The notes under the pieces are model-generated. The model did no database searches and had not been told where the DNA came from. It worked only from the letters and a program-made list of their open reading frames with translations. Shown here one piece after another: positions 36,448-50,030 of a stretch of 64,000 bases of DNA; the stretch's first letter is position 1; each line of letters begins with the position of its first letter. The translations under genes and the position numbers were made by a program. The DNA is taken from assembly GCF_036321535.1 (NCBI RefSeq), contig NC_087437.1, positions 43,340,001-43,404,000 on the forward strand. The letters run 5' to 3'. This DNA comes from Camelus dromedarius. Its lineage: Eukaryota.

Positions 36448-39400
36448 AACTCGAAACAAGCCTAACCAGTTCTAAATTTCACACTCTTAACTAGATCATG
36501 CTCTGCCTATAACTCATTGTATCTTTAACTAGAAGAGGTTAAGTGGATTCCTAGACTATAAATAAAAATTTTAAAGATTCTTATATTATCATTCATGGCT
36601 AATTATTCATCCATTTTACTAGTGATTTTATCTTTTACTAAACTAAAAATGGAAATAAACTCAAAGACAAAGTATTATTTTATTACATATAGTAATTAAA
36701 TATGAAGAGTTTTGCTAGAAGAAGACTAATTTTTCTTTCATAACAGGTAATTAATACTTGTTTAAAGATTTACATAAATTTTAAAAGATACACTATCAGT
36801 ATTAAAAATGTTAATATGGATGCTGAAGATCTTTGTACTTTAATCAAATGAGCATACTGAGTTGCTGTTTATTTTTTAAGTTTTAGTAGAGGGGTCCTCG
36901 GTTGCAAACTTCTCTGAGTAGCTGGGATATTTCTCAATGAGACACTGAGAAAAGAGAAGCAAACCTTATATCTTGTGAATGTAATAGTTCCAATATTGAT
37001 TACCCAATCTGATAGAAAAAAGACTAAATATAATAACTATAAGGCACTGAAATGAAATTTAAATAAAATAAAATTATTACTTACAGTTATCAGGTGTTCT
37101 ACTCTACCTATGTAATAACCTAGTCTTGATGATCCCCCCCCCCCAAATAATATCACATGAATGACCTTTTGGATTGAGTGATTCATTAATTACCAAAGCA
37201 GATGTGTTAGAAAGATAATGGAAATAGGTTATTTTGCCATTGAGAGTGTACATATAATAATGAAAAATATTGTCCATCCAAGTTTGATTTGAAAACTCTC
37301 ATCTTCTGTTTACTTCAGATTTTGCCTAAATATCATATCTTATTATACAAGAAAAATATGAAACACAGCCTAGCAGAAAGGCTGCCCACTGTGTAACACG
37401 TGCAGATTGTTCCTGGTCAGAGGAGCAAGTGCTGCCGCTCACACTGACCAGCCTGCTGATCTGGCGGTTTTCGCCCTTAGCCACCTTCACACTTGTGCCA
37501 TCTCATTGATTATGACTCTCCCCCAATTTCAATGCAGGAACCATCAGCTCACCTCGCTTTTAAAAGATTTGCCAATCTCTCGCCCAACCTCTAGGTTTTA
37601 AACTATTTCACAAATTCATTTAGAACTGACCTAAAGGAAGAAGGAGGGAGTGTTGAGAAAAGGAAGACAAGTGCTCCAAGCATCCCAGGTCCCTACGTTA
37701 GTCGGAGCATTTCAGTTCTTAGTTTATTTTGACTAAAAGAGAAAGAGAGAGATGGAAGGGGGGAGAAATGTTTGAAAATCATTGTTCTAGCAGCTCATGC
37801 CGTTGACAAATGCATTAAGATATTTTAAATGAACACTTCATAGTTTCAAACTTTTAATTATATATTCAAGGAACATAAATAAAAGTGAATTTGAAGTCAG
37901 CATGTATGTTTTAATTTAGGATCCATTGTTGACTTATCTTTTCAACAAACATGCTTTCCTTAAGTTTTGAGAATCAAAATAAGTTAACCTCCCCCCTCCC
38001 CCACAAAACCCTCCAAAGCAATTTGGAATTTACAGAGTTCATAGCAACAGATTTTACTATAATTTGATGCTTAATGGATATGTGGTAGAAACAATGCAGT
38101 TGACTTTAGTAATCTATTGTTTTGGTTGTAGTGATTTTTTTTCCCTGTGTTCAAGTTCAGTTGATACTAGGAATGCATCTGGAAACAATAAAATGGTTTT
38201 CTTCCATCAGTCTAAAGCCTTAGTTTCTTTTGTGTGGATTGTGATCAAATCACATGTATTTTACCCTAAGAAAATAATCATTTCTCAGCAACTCAAATTT
38301 AATTGAATTTATAAATACAAATTTTCACTTCACTTAAGAGATTATCAAGGTATTTTTCCAACAGGATTCTATTATCCTCATTGAACGAAGCAATTAAAGT
38401 ATGTATGAATTCTATGACTTGTCCCAAATTATACAGTAAAATGATTGTCAAAATGAGAAAGGAAACTGATGACTCTTATCAACTAGTATGTATTGTCATC
38501 ATGGTGTTTCTTCTATATGTAAAAACTCAGACCAGTACCAGAAATTAACACCATGAAGAATTAAGTTGTGTTGATCTTTGCTAACTGTAGTAGTTGCAAT
38601 TATTTGAATTGCTTCATTGAAACAGACCCCTGAAACATGACTATTCTTACTTGCCACCCATTTTCTGTCCTAAGCAGAACATTTTCTTCTGTGCCATTCT
38701 GAATGCACTATACCAAAAGCTGTATAGCAAGGCCAAGTTCAAGGCCTTTAGAAAGCCAAGGTGGTGCTAGCTAGACACTCTAAATCTTATGTAATATCTT
38801 GGTGTTGGTGGTGTTCCTTGATTATTTACTAAATACATCACTTACAAAATAATGTTTTAAGGAAACAGCCTCATTGATCCAGGTGAATACAACTAGAAAT
38901 CTTTACAGAAGAATATAGAAATAGATTTTTTTTCTGACTTGGAATAAAAACCAAGTTGTATAAAAAGGTAACTATTAATATTTTCTATCAATTTTCATTA
39001 ATAAGTGAATATTTCTCCTTGGACTTCAAATGAGAGGATCAGACAAACAAAGGTTATTTGCCAAGCATGATAGAAGGAAAAAATATATAAATATAGTTCA
39101 GGCAATCTGCCTCTAGCTGCATGTTTACTTAAATAAATTCAAAGAGAAATATTTAGTCATTTGTTTGCATGGCACCTTCAAATGAATGATACAAGGTACA
39201 TGGCCTAAAGGTCTGGAGGAACTGTTTCTTTGACGAATGCAATAGTTTTAGGTTTTGGAGGTGAACTGGGCACTTGGGAGAGGATTTGATGGCTTGTTAG
39301 ACGTGTATTTCTGAAAGGAACCAAGAATGACTCAGTAATGGGGTAATTATTTTAATTCAACTTATTGTCTTCAGACAAAAAAACAAAACAAAACAAAAGC

Positions 39401-39654
39401 ACTAAATTGTCAACAAGCACTAATCAAATGTACATGAAGTGACCAGCAAATTACAGCAATCTTCTTGATTAATTTAAATCATATTTTAATTTTTGGTCTA
39501 ATATCATCTCAGATGATGACAGCTCAACATGAGAAAAATAAAAACAAAATCTGTTGTCTAAACTCTTCAAACAATGTAATCAAGATGATAAAATCATTTA
39601 AAATAGCAAAATAAAATAATACTTTAATGAATATTTCTAAACAGCCAGTCAACC

Positions 39655-40511
39655 CTGGGGGTCAGTGGGCTAATGCTTTCCTCAGGCTAGTGGGCCAAAG
39701 GTCATAAAGCCCTTGGGCACATGTTTGTATAGTCAACACAGCACCTGTTCTGATTATCCATTGCTGCGTAAGCCAGCCCAAAATGCAGTAGCATAAAGAA
39801 CAATTTATTTTTGAATTGTCTCATGGAACTGTTGTTGACTGGGCTCAGCTGGGTGGTTCTCGTTTGGGTGTCATGGGTTTTCAGTCAGATAGTCTCTTTG
39901 GCTCTAGTCATCTGGAGATTTGAGTGGGCTTAACAGCCAAAGTGGCTCCTTCACTCACACGTCAGATGCCTTTGTGTTCCTCTGTGAGACCACATTTGTA
40001 GCAGAGCAGCATAGACTTCTCAGTAAGAGCCAGGAAGCAGAGAGGACGTGTCCTACTCAGGGCTTCACAGATTATATGTAATTTGGGAAGCCCAGCATAA
40101 AGGACAAATGCAGGGCCCCAGGTGAAGCATGGGTCCTGTGTGAAGCTGGCGTTGGCTCTATTAAAAGCTATGTCTGCTGCTGACCCAGTGTCACTTGTGC
40201 CACTTCCCTCTGGGGGAATGTCATGTGCATATAAGGCTTAAAGAATTGGTATCTTGGAGATAAGCTAACATAGTTGTTTAAAAAGAAGTGGAGTCAGTGG
40301 ACAATATTGAAAACTAGAAGATTGTACATTAAAAAAAAATCCATATTTCTGTCCTCCACCTCGCTCTGGCAACCATTTTCTGCAGCCAACTAACGGCTAC
40401 CTCTTTCAGACAAAGCACGAAAGTTCCATTTCCCACACTCTGAAGCTATAGCCCACTTCCTATTTATCTTCCTTCCTGGCCACCGTAGTCATTTGGGTTT
40501 GAGACCTTTTG
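39655..40511 (+). mobile_element. MER102-like hAT-Charlie element interrupted by an MLT1 LTR
   Basis: Right part AATATTGAAAACTAGAAGATTGTACATTAAAA...TCTGGCAAC...CTGGCCACCGTAGTCATTTGGGTTTGAGACC matches the recalled MER102 consensus. Left part about 39655-39745. Confidence 0.65.
39746..40272 (-). mobile_element. Old MLT1 (H/F-like) MaLR LTR containing a MER45-like hAT fragment (40058-40154)
   Basis: TGTTCTGATTATCCATTGCTGCGTAA...GACTGGGCTCAGCTGGGTGGTTCT; the inner piece is bounded by GCTTCACA/TGTGAAGC inverted repeats. Confidence 0.7.
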
Positions 40512-41859
40512 GTGTTATTTGCATGAAGTGCTATTTTATTTTTAATCATGTTAAAATAACGATTTTATAACTATTATTTAAAATTCTGGGTACTCTTCTA
40601 AATGTTCAAATGTTTTAAAATTTGATTTTATGCATTTATTATTTATCTCTCATTCCTCATTATTTTCCTTTTAAGATAAACTATGGATTTAATTTAGTAA
40701 AAATACAATATGATTCACTTTGACAAAACATGAATAAATAGCAAAGCCTTGTACTCCCTAGCAAGAGCTCATTCATTCTTAGCTTCACATAATACATTTT
40801 ATCATGGTGGCATAGATTTTTATCTAATTATTTTAATTATGACATGGAATCTTCAGTAAATGTCTTATTTATAGATACTAACCTATAACAAAACAATAAA
40901 AGAAACAACTGAGCAAGAGAAAAAGTTCTGACCAATAAACATCTAACAAACTATTCTACAGATTTTCAGTGCTAGTGGATGCAGTAGGACTATTGAAGGA
41001 AACCAGGATTTGGATATATAAACACTAATATTACTATGTTAAATAATCTTTGTTAATGCTAACAGTGATTTACGAAGATTCCATATTATAATTACATAAG
41101 CAATTATATTCACTATATATAATAGTAGTTTTGAAATAAAAATGCTATATAAATGCTAAGGAGTTGCATTTTTTGACCATTTAAGAGCTATGAAATGACA
41201 ATGTTTTCCTTTAGTAACTTTCAACTAATTATATATATATTTTCCCAGCAGAGTCTTACCTAAAAAGCTAAAAGATGAGACAGATGTTCTAATCCAATAT
41301 TTTCAAACTTTATTTTACTATATTTTAAATTTTTAATTATATGGATCTTAGAAGTGGAGAGAAAAAGAGGCTGGGAGGGAAAAGTCAAGTCACAACCATG
41401 GTTGCTCAGGTCTGTGAGAGAGGACAGGGGACAGGCAGGAAGGACTGGACTTTTTAGTAGAGGGTCCTGTTTGATAACTCTGATCTTCAAACTTAACTGA
41501 CAAATCCTTCAAGATTTTCCAAAGGTTTCAGAGTCTACTTCTAAAGGAAAGAGTGTGCATCCGCATCCCAGATGGTGACTCACTCTGCGCTCCAAGGTGT
41601 GCTGGTCTGGGAGCGCGACTGCTCGGGAGGCGTGACCCATGCCTCTCTTCTCCTCCTTCTGTAAGTGCACATCATGGAGAACGGCATTCACCCCTTCCTT
41701 CCGAAAGTGCATTGGTCCCTGTGGTTTAAAAATCTCAGGGGTAAGTTAAACATCTTCTAAGATGAAGCAATTTTAGGAAATACATTTAAGGCTTTCTGAG
41801 TGATACATGATATAATCTCCCTCTCCTAGCTCATGGAATCTTCAGTAAATGTCTGATAA

Positions 41860-42970
41860 ATGAATTTAAACAAAAATCTTCAGAGCCTTAAACAAAGAAA
41901 ATTTAGAGTATTGGTGATTATGTTGAGAAAGAGAATGGCTGAGTAAAAACTCCTTTTACAAGTCAGTTAATTTCCAGTTCTTTCTTTTCAACAAAATTGA
42001 AGGTGATGTTAATTGAGTTGTCAGCTGAGAGATCATTAACAGTAATTTTTTATTACAGATTACTATGTGATTTCTGGCACATAATTTGGAAGGAGTTCAA
42101 AAAGTTGAATGACACTTCTGTAATAAAACTCCTTCTATTCTTATTTTCTTATTTATGTGAATTGGTTTTCTCAGGACTGACATATATAAAAATAAAAGCT
42201 AACAATAAAAAATATCTTGAATACCACCCTATTAGAGCAATAACAATATTCAGCTATGAATATAAGAACTGATTGGAGAATCAAGGGCGACCCATCTCAT
42301 TAAAAATTAATTTCCAATACATTTTACCTTTATGTTTAGTAATTACCAAATTTATGTTTATTTGTCTTGATCAAGCATATACTGAAAATAAGTATACTGA
42401 AGTTAAATCTAGAAGAAAAATGTTAATGCTTAGATTCTCATGATTATAGGAATTTTTTATTTAAGTTTCTATTTACATATATATTTTTGTAGCAGAAAAT
42501 TTTAAGAGGATGATCAATAGAGGTCTTTCAAATGTAAAACATTTATTCTGTTAACATTCAACTTTGAAGGAGAGGTAAAATCAAATAAAAGTTCAAGGAG
42601 AAAAAGAAACCATGAAAACTATTTTAACTGTTTAAGCAAAGCTTACTGATTTATTTTATTTTGTAATGTGTGATGATGGTTATTAAGTTGATGTGACATT
42701 TAGAATCAATTAGATACAAATAAAAGAGTTACAAACATTATTTTAGCCTGCCAGTATTTATGGTGCATTGGGAATTACATATAGTAAATTATTATGTATT
42801 AAATTAATAAAAATATAAAATACATAAAACTAATATAATATATTAAATTAATAAAATTAATGTGTTACATTTATGAGGAAACATTTTAGGTGTTTCATGT
42901 ATGAAAGTACCTAGTTTTAAAAATATTCCTTTAGAAGTTAATATGAGCAAAAGTTCCTAAAAATCACAGA
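41860..42970 (+). mobile_element. hAT-Charlie DNA transposon relic with decayed transposase C-terminus
   Basis: ORF 41997-42272 (LIELSAERSL...LCDFWHIIWKEF...KLLLFLFSYLCELVFSGLTYIKIK) resembles the hAT dimerisation motif LLPFPSTYLCExGFSxLxxIKTK. Boundaries approximate. Confidence 0.8.
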
Positions 42971-45900
42971 CTGGTGAAACCTTTTAAGGAGTCACCAGGC
43001 TCTAAGTTTAGATGATTATTTTGAAAATGAAATAATATTTATGTGTATTTAATAACATTTTATTTGAAATCTTATCCAAAATTGCTTAGAAATATTTAGT
43101 GTTATGATCTTCCTAGTTTCAATTTTTATCACTTTTTTTGGTGTAGAAATTCTCTTTAGCAACTTGATATTCTTCCTAAAAATTAAAAAAAAAAAAAAAT
43201 AAGGCCACACACGCAGAAACACTGGATGGGCCAGACCGCTGGGGCTTTTTTGGCAGGAATAGTGGGAGGGAAAGGGGATACCAGGAATGTTCATTAAAGA
43301 ACTATTTATTGTAATAGAAAATTCCCTCATGTAAATGTTAACAATATAATCCATTTTAAGAACTTAATTAAAAAGTGACATTTTAGAAAGCTGTATGTGG
43401 ATATGAAAGTAAGCCACTGAGGTTCTTTTGGGGGATTTTGCTATTTTGATGTGAGTTTTGGACTAACAACATTTTGAAGAAAAAAATAGTTCATTAAAAA
43501 AATTCAAAGAATAGGAACTCTCTGACTGACCAGCCAGCCCAGTGCAGTCGGGAATGAGGAGAGAAACTTCTGGGGCAGGTGCTTTTTGTTTTACCAAGTC
43601 AGAATAATTAAAAAATATCTACCTGGGCAAACAGTAGAGTTGTAACAGCCATTATTGCCCAGATTGCCCATTTGGCTGCCCACCTCACAGAGGCCCCGAG
43701 CTGTTTTCTGCTAATGCAGGAGCTGGAGGAATTAGTCCCAATTCTGGAAATGAAACAAAAGAAAGGAAGAGCCTGCCCCCAGAGCAAAGCCCACCTATAG
43801 GACAGGGCCAGATAATGATGTTTTTTCCCATGAAAAATGTATTTGTTGACAAATTTTTTTTGTAAATATATTCCAGTTCTATTCTTAAAATTTTTATTTC
43901 AAAACATACTATAGATTTAAAAGTTTGAAAAGTATATATTCATAGTTCACATAATAAAAAAAATCAACACCCTGATGAAGAAATAGACATTACCTTTAAA
44001 AAAGTTTATTTTTTTAAGGTAACATCTATGTCATTGTTCCAATTTTTCCCACTCCAGTTAGGATGCAAAGATTTTCAAAAATTGTAAGTGTCATTCAAAA
44101 CTTCTCTAGCTGTCATTCATTCTTATTTTAGTGCTGTCATTTTCATTAGAATCATGGTGTGCTAATAAAAACTCTTAAGATATCACTATAATCTAATTCT
44201 GTTTAAAGTAAATATTTTTAAAGTAATCATGCAATAAATACTTCTAAATTTTCAGGCCTTAGGATCATTTTTTAAGTATAATTTTATTCTTTAAATGGTG
44301 TTTTTGTTTGTTTTGTTTTCATGTTATCTATGAAAAAACAAATCATAAAAGACTACCTTTCTAGTGACAAAAGAATTATCTCTTGCATTCTGGAAAAGAT
44401 GATTTAGTTTTACCAATTGTAATTGGAATATGCTATGAAATCTCAAAAAAGTCTGTGTCCCCAATTCTCATTTCCCTAGATAATACTGTTTTATTTCATC
44501 ATCTTCCCTTTCTAACCATAAAACTCAAAAATCAATTTCTAACTTCCCACAGAGGTTAAAGTTCACCTGAGTCTGCTTTGTAGAGATTCCCATTGTCTGA
44601 TCCCAACTTTATGTCCCACTTAATTCTGAGAATAATCTGCTTTATACAAACCCATGTGTTTTATGTGTTCATACATCCATCCTTGTCTGCCACCCATCCG
44701 GATTCCATCCACATGAAAACAGTTCCCTCTCTGGACTAGTACACAGCGAATTTCATTCCTTTGATCTCATGAGGTTTTTATTACTGGTACTATCTTTGGT
44801 ACCCATCGTATGTGTGTCTTGTAATGTTCTTTTACTCTATGTGTGTGGCCACATGGTCTGTGAAGGCAGGGAACACATCGATGTTAGAAATTTTGAAAAA
44901 CTGTGTTTGGTTGGGGAAGGTGGTGGAGGCAGATGCATTATCAGTTCTGACTTTAATATAAGCCTTAACTCAGTGTTACCAAACCTTAAGACAATCCAGT
45001 ACCTCCCTCAAAATACTGTCACAGCTATATTCCTGTTTTACTGCCTGGGTTGATTTTGGTAAGGTATATGCAGAAAGCCAATTGAGTCTTTCTTCCTACT
45101 TTTCCTTTTAATAAGCTCTGGTAAATCATTTTTTCCTCCTCATAATTGAAAATATCCTTATAGTTTTTCTCGACACTTTGTGAATCATTTTCTCATTTTT
45201 AATATCTAAATTCTAGTATACTGTCAAAGATGAACTATTTCATCCAATTTGAATTCTTCCCTCTCCTAACTCAGGCTTGACCCAAGCTCAGAAACTCATG
45301 GGGACACAATTAGTCTTCTCTATTCTTCTCAGATACTGTAAATCTCTCCCCTTCGCTGCTGGCTCCTCCCAAGTGGGGAAAGGGAGGAAGAACAGGAAAG
45401 GACAGGACGTTAGAAGGATCTTTCTTAGAACTGTGAGTGTCTGTGTATTTTTCAAGAGTGGCCTCACTTTTAGATTGGGGGAGACAACGGGACCACTGGG
45501 GGGCCCCTGGCCTTCCACTGTCATGTACAGAGAACATCAAAGCTTTTCTTCATCTGAGCCAGGGAGCAGCGGCTGAGGCGTCCTACCCCTTGTCTTCCTG
45601 TGCCCTGCCTTTCCAAGAGCCTCATGTGTAAGAACCGTAGAACCCTATTCCGAGTCTCTGAGACTCCTCAACATTCAGGGTCACACACAGACTTCCTGGA
45701 ATACAAGTGCAGATAGATTGCTACCATTTGTTTTTATTGCCATGATCAAAAATGAGTTGTTCTGAATGACTTTTAATATAAAAATCCAGCACATCTGAGT
45801 TATGAGTTATGTATTGTTAACCTTAGGTGGTGGTTAGGGTTCATATTCTCTTATGTGTGGAAACTGAAACTCAGAAAGGTTAATTATTTTGCCAGGGGTC

Positions 45901-47977
45901 ACATACTTGTGACAGAGCTTTCAATCCTCTGTTCTTCAGGGTCACCACATAGCCTCCTTCAGGAAGCCAATTAAATTTTGATAACTTTCCAATTTTCCTT
46001 GTGAAGAGTGCTATGAACCCCAGCTGAGTGGTAGGTTGCCTTCTGTGATCATGGACAAATTATTGAATCTTAATGATCTTATCTGTTAAAATAATCTCAA
46101 TAATATCTATCTCAGAGACTTACTGGAACAATCAAGAGCTACAATACTTGAGGGCAGGAACTATGTCACATAGTGTGTGACACATAAAAGGCACTTAATA
46201 TTGGCTTAATTGAATGAAGTCTCAAAATAATAAGGCTTTTGCCTTAATTTGCAGTGTATTTGTTTTTTTTTTTTTCTCTTTCTCTATCATGAATGGAGTG
46301 GCATTTAGAAGTACTCTCACAATAGATAATGTATAGTTAACTTTTGAGAAGAATAAAATTTAAAAAGAGAAGTTCAATTATTACTGTAAATACCACTCTG
46401 ATAGACTTCTGTATTAAAGAAAGTCTTAATTTTCTTATGATAATCAGTTTCTATAGACATACCCAATCCAGAGGTTTTATATCAAGTTGGCATATGAGAT
46501 GCATTCAATTTGATCCAATGTTTCATGGACAAAAATTACATGAAGTTCTTACTTTCCCCTGATTTGAAAGGAGCAAAGTGTTTCTTGCATAATTCAGTGG
46601 CTCACAGTGGCTTCAGATGGAAGGAAAACTTGTTACAGTTGCAAGATGATCAGCTATCTTCTTGTCATCAGGGGTTTACAATCTGAGCGCCATATGGTTG
46701 GTGTCATTTATTTTGCATCCCTGCATATTCTTTCTTTTTTGCAAATTACCAGCTAAGTTGTATGTTCACCTTAAAGGAATTTAAAGTATATGGCAGTTTG
46801 TCACATTTGCCCACACGGGATCAGATGTCAGACTACCCACTGGAAGTTTTAATTGAAGTTACCGTTTTGCTGAGTGGATGGGAATTATGTGATTTTTGAT
46901 TCTGTAGTTATAATGGGATATTTTATAGATAATCACTGTCATGTACAAAAAGAGAAGAAAAAAAAAAGAGCAACTTAAAGTTTCCCAAATCTTTTCTGGG
47001 AGGAACAAATCTCTTCATTAAAGTGTATGTCTATCCAATAAGCTCTTTCAAATTAATTCCTCCCTAGAACTCCCCCTAAAGACACCTAATGGCCAAAGAA
47101 CTAGTAGGTGCTATTCAAGATAAGGAGAGAATGTCTATCCCAGCATCTACCTGATGTCTTCAGAAATGATGACTGTTTCAGCTGGGAGACGTTACACTTA
47201 CTCGGAAACTTACACTTTAACGTCATCTATCAAAACTGTAAATTGCATATTACTTGGGGTTGGGGCGATTATTCTAATTATTATTATTTATTATTTTTTA
47301 GCACCGTCAGTGTTGCACTGGGTGACGCTGGTGGAAATGTTCCAGTTAGAAGAGGAACTGTTATTTTCATATTTCCTAAGCGACGTCGATTTGTGTGGCT
47401 AACATTTTAGCAATAAAAAGCAAAATGTAAAACTGCAGCCTGCTGTGAAAGGAAGTCTACACGTTGAATGAACACTGCAGGGACATACTTATAAATGTTC
47501 ATTAAACAGGGTTTCATTGAAAGTGAAATTTAAGTACTTAAGGTAACACAACACAAGTAGGTGAAAAGCTCTTCTACATCAGTGAAGGAAACAGGATAGA
47601 ATAAGATAATCTGGGAAAAGAGGATAGAGTCTAGAGCCTGCCTTATGTACCCAAAACTATAAATTAAGAAGATGGAGAGTTAGTTCAATTGTCATATTTA
47701 TTGTGGTGCTTCTGATGTCCAATTTTCATAATAAAAGAGAACACAGTGTTTTTTAAACATTGCATCCAACATAATCGGAATTTGGAAGGTGCTTTGAAGG
47801 TCTAGAGAGTTCGCTTGGAAGAGGTAATGAAAGGTAGTCTTCTGGACGTGGTGTAGTTCCAGCACTGAAGGTGGCCTGCTTCTTAAATTCTGTGTGGCCT
47901 CTAGTAAGTCACTGAGATCTCTGAAGCTGATTCCTACCTGTAAAACGAAAGCCTTGCCTCCTCACCCACATGGTCTT

Positions 47978-48933
47978 TGTTGGCTGAAATAAAATGCATA
48001 TCCTGAAAGTTGGGAGTTATGTTTTATTCAGCGGACTTTTTGAGGACTCAAACCCGGGAGGTAGTCTCTCAGATTGCTTGAAGAGACCAGTCAGCCTCGG
48101 CAAAGGAGGAGCCAGGATATATAGGAGTTTTTGCAACAGAGACCAGGTAGTCAGAACATCAAAAGATTAAAGAAAACCAGATCTTTCAAGTTAAAGAATT
48201 TAGTGCTTTTCTATGTATGGGAAGGTGCAAAGGTCTGGGCTCATTGAAATTGTGAAGGAAAAGCTGGGCTGGTCTAACAAGATAATTCACAGGTCTAGGA
48301 ATGTGAAGGAGAGGCTATGCTGGGCTAACAAGTCTAAGTATTGGAATACTGATCTGAGTTCTGCTGGACTAACTTGTAAATCTAAGTTAATTAGTGTTGG
48401 TTTGCTGTTCATGTTTTTTTGCTAGCCAGCAGGGTTTTCAAAGATACATATCTGGCTTTGGGATGTTGGTTTGCTGCCTCCCCGCCTCCACTTTTGTGAT
48501 GATAATGCTGCTAAAGCTGTTCCATGCCTATTGGCCGAATACCCCAAGCTTGTACTTTGCCCTATAAAACCTCATGCGCACGTCTTGGAGGTGCTCAGAG
48601 CTTCGGAGCAGAAGCCCCTCTGAGCCCGCTGGCGTAATACATCTGAGCACTCCAACCCTCCGAATGGTGCTTGTTTCTTGACTGGCCTGTTGTTTCCGTA
48701 ACAAAATCATTCCTTTGATGTGCACCCAGCTGTCTAGGGCCAGGATCCTGTTCTTCCACATCCTGAGTCCCCTCAGGGGGCACTGTTGAGGGTGGCTGCA
48801 GAGGCTGGTCTGCCTGCTTGTCTGCATCCTGAGTTCCCTCTGCTCACTGTTGAGGGTGACAGTAGCGGCTGATGACTTGATGGCCATAGCATTCTTTGTT
48901 TACTAATATGGCTGGCAATGTTTTTCATTCACA
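47978..48933 (-). mobile_element. ERV1-type solo LTR, host of a nested LTR and itself inserted in a MIR
   Basis: TG...CA ends, flanks TCTT/TCTG, minus-strand AATAAA. Colinear with the uninterrupted paralogue at 56265-56771 once 48251-48707 is removed. Confidence 0.9.
48251..48703 (+). mobile_element. Younger ERV1-type solo LTR (453 bp) nested in the LTR above
   Basis: TGTGAAGG...CGTAACA ends, perfect 4-bp TSD AAAT (48247-48250 and 48704-48707), TATA box CCCTATAAAA near 48562, many CpGs retained. Confidence 0.92.
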
Positions 48934-49144
48934 TCTGGTTAAGGAGAGAGGGAGTGTATGTATGCAAAGGTGTTTTATAAATGATAAAACACCATGAAAC
49001 TATTTATTGTTATAACTTCCTAGTATTTATTTCAATATACTTGTGGAGCCTGGTTCCAACCGCGATGATTGCTTAGCTATACTGGCCTTTTTACATTCAT
49101 TGCCTCTATTCTGTTTTCTTGCAATAGATGAATTAATAAATGAA

Positions 49145-50030
49145 TTCAGATAATAAATATTAATTGAGAACCTCTTAAATTATAAGCATCATTCTAGGGG
49201 CTCAGGGTAAATCAATAAACCAAACAAACAAAATTTCCCACCTGCATGGAGCCAATGTTTTATTTAGGGAATGTCAGCAAGAATCTAACACAATAATTAC
49301 ACAACAAATTAAGCTTGTTACAGATGAGAAGTGCTTTGGAGGAAAATAAAGCATGAAGGTGGAACAAGGAGTATGGAGGGGAGCAGGGGTGTGGGAGGTC
49401 TGGATACAGTGTTTTCAACATGAGTTGGTCATGGAAGTCTTCAAAATGTGAATGTTTAAAGACAGATTTTGACGTACATGGGGAAGCAAGTCCTGTGGAT
49501 ATCTAAGAAAGAGCATTTCAGGCAAAGAAAACAGCAAGCACAAAGGCCCTGAGGCAGAAGTATGTCCCTTGTGGTCAGAGAGCATCAGTAACCCTGAGGG
49601 ACTGGAAAGAAATGAGTGGTCTGAGATGAGTCAGAAATAGGAGGCCAGATACCACTGGGACTTTGAGGTCATTGAAGAGTTTTACCTTTTATTGCACATG
49701 AATAGAAGAAATGAAAGCATAGAAAGTTTTGAGGGGACATATTATGATAGGATCTGACCTACTGGTTAACAGGATCATTCTGACTTCTGCATGGAGGACT
49801 TAGGTGACCACCTGAGAGACCACTGTAATAATCCAAGTGAGACACGATGGTAGCTTGGCTAGCAGCACTGAAGTGATGAGAAGGGTTAAGATTCTAGACG
49901 TCTCTGAAGGTACTGCCTACATAATCTGTTCACAGTTTGGATGAAAGATGTGACAGAAAAACCGGCAGAGTGACCCCAAGGATTTTTCACCTGAGCAAAT
50001 GGGAGGATTGGGTTTCTGTTAACTGAGGGT
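49145..50030 (-). mobile_element. L2 LINE fragment
   Basis: AATAAATATTAATTGAGAACCT...AAGAGCATTTCAGGCAAAGAAAACAGCAAGCACAAAGGCCCTGAGGCAG...ACCTGAGCAAATGGGAGGAT. Confidence 0.85.

Noticed and set aside
41997..42272. Possible domesticated hAT transposase gene
   Set aside because: Only a 91-aa degenerate C-terminal piece with altered motif residues and no upstream catalytic ORF.
47154..47402. 82-aa ORF with a hydrophobic, transmembrane-like stretch
   Set aside because: The Ile run comes from an (ATT)n low-complexity tract; non-ATG start and no recognisable homology.
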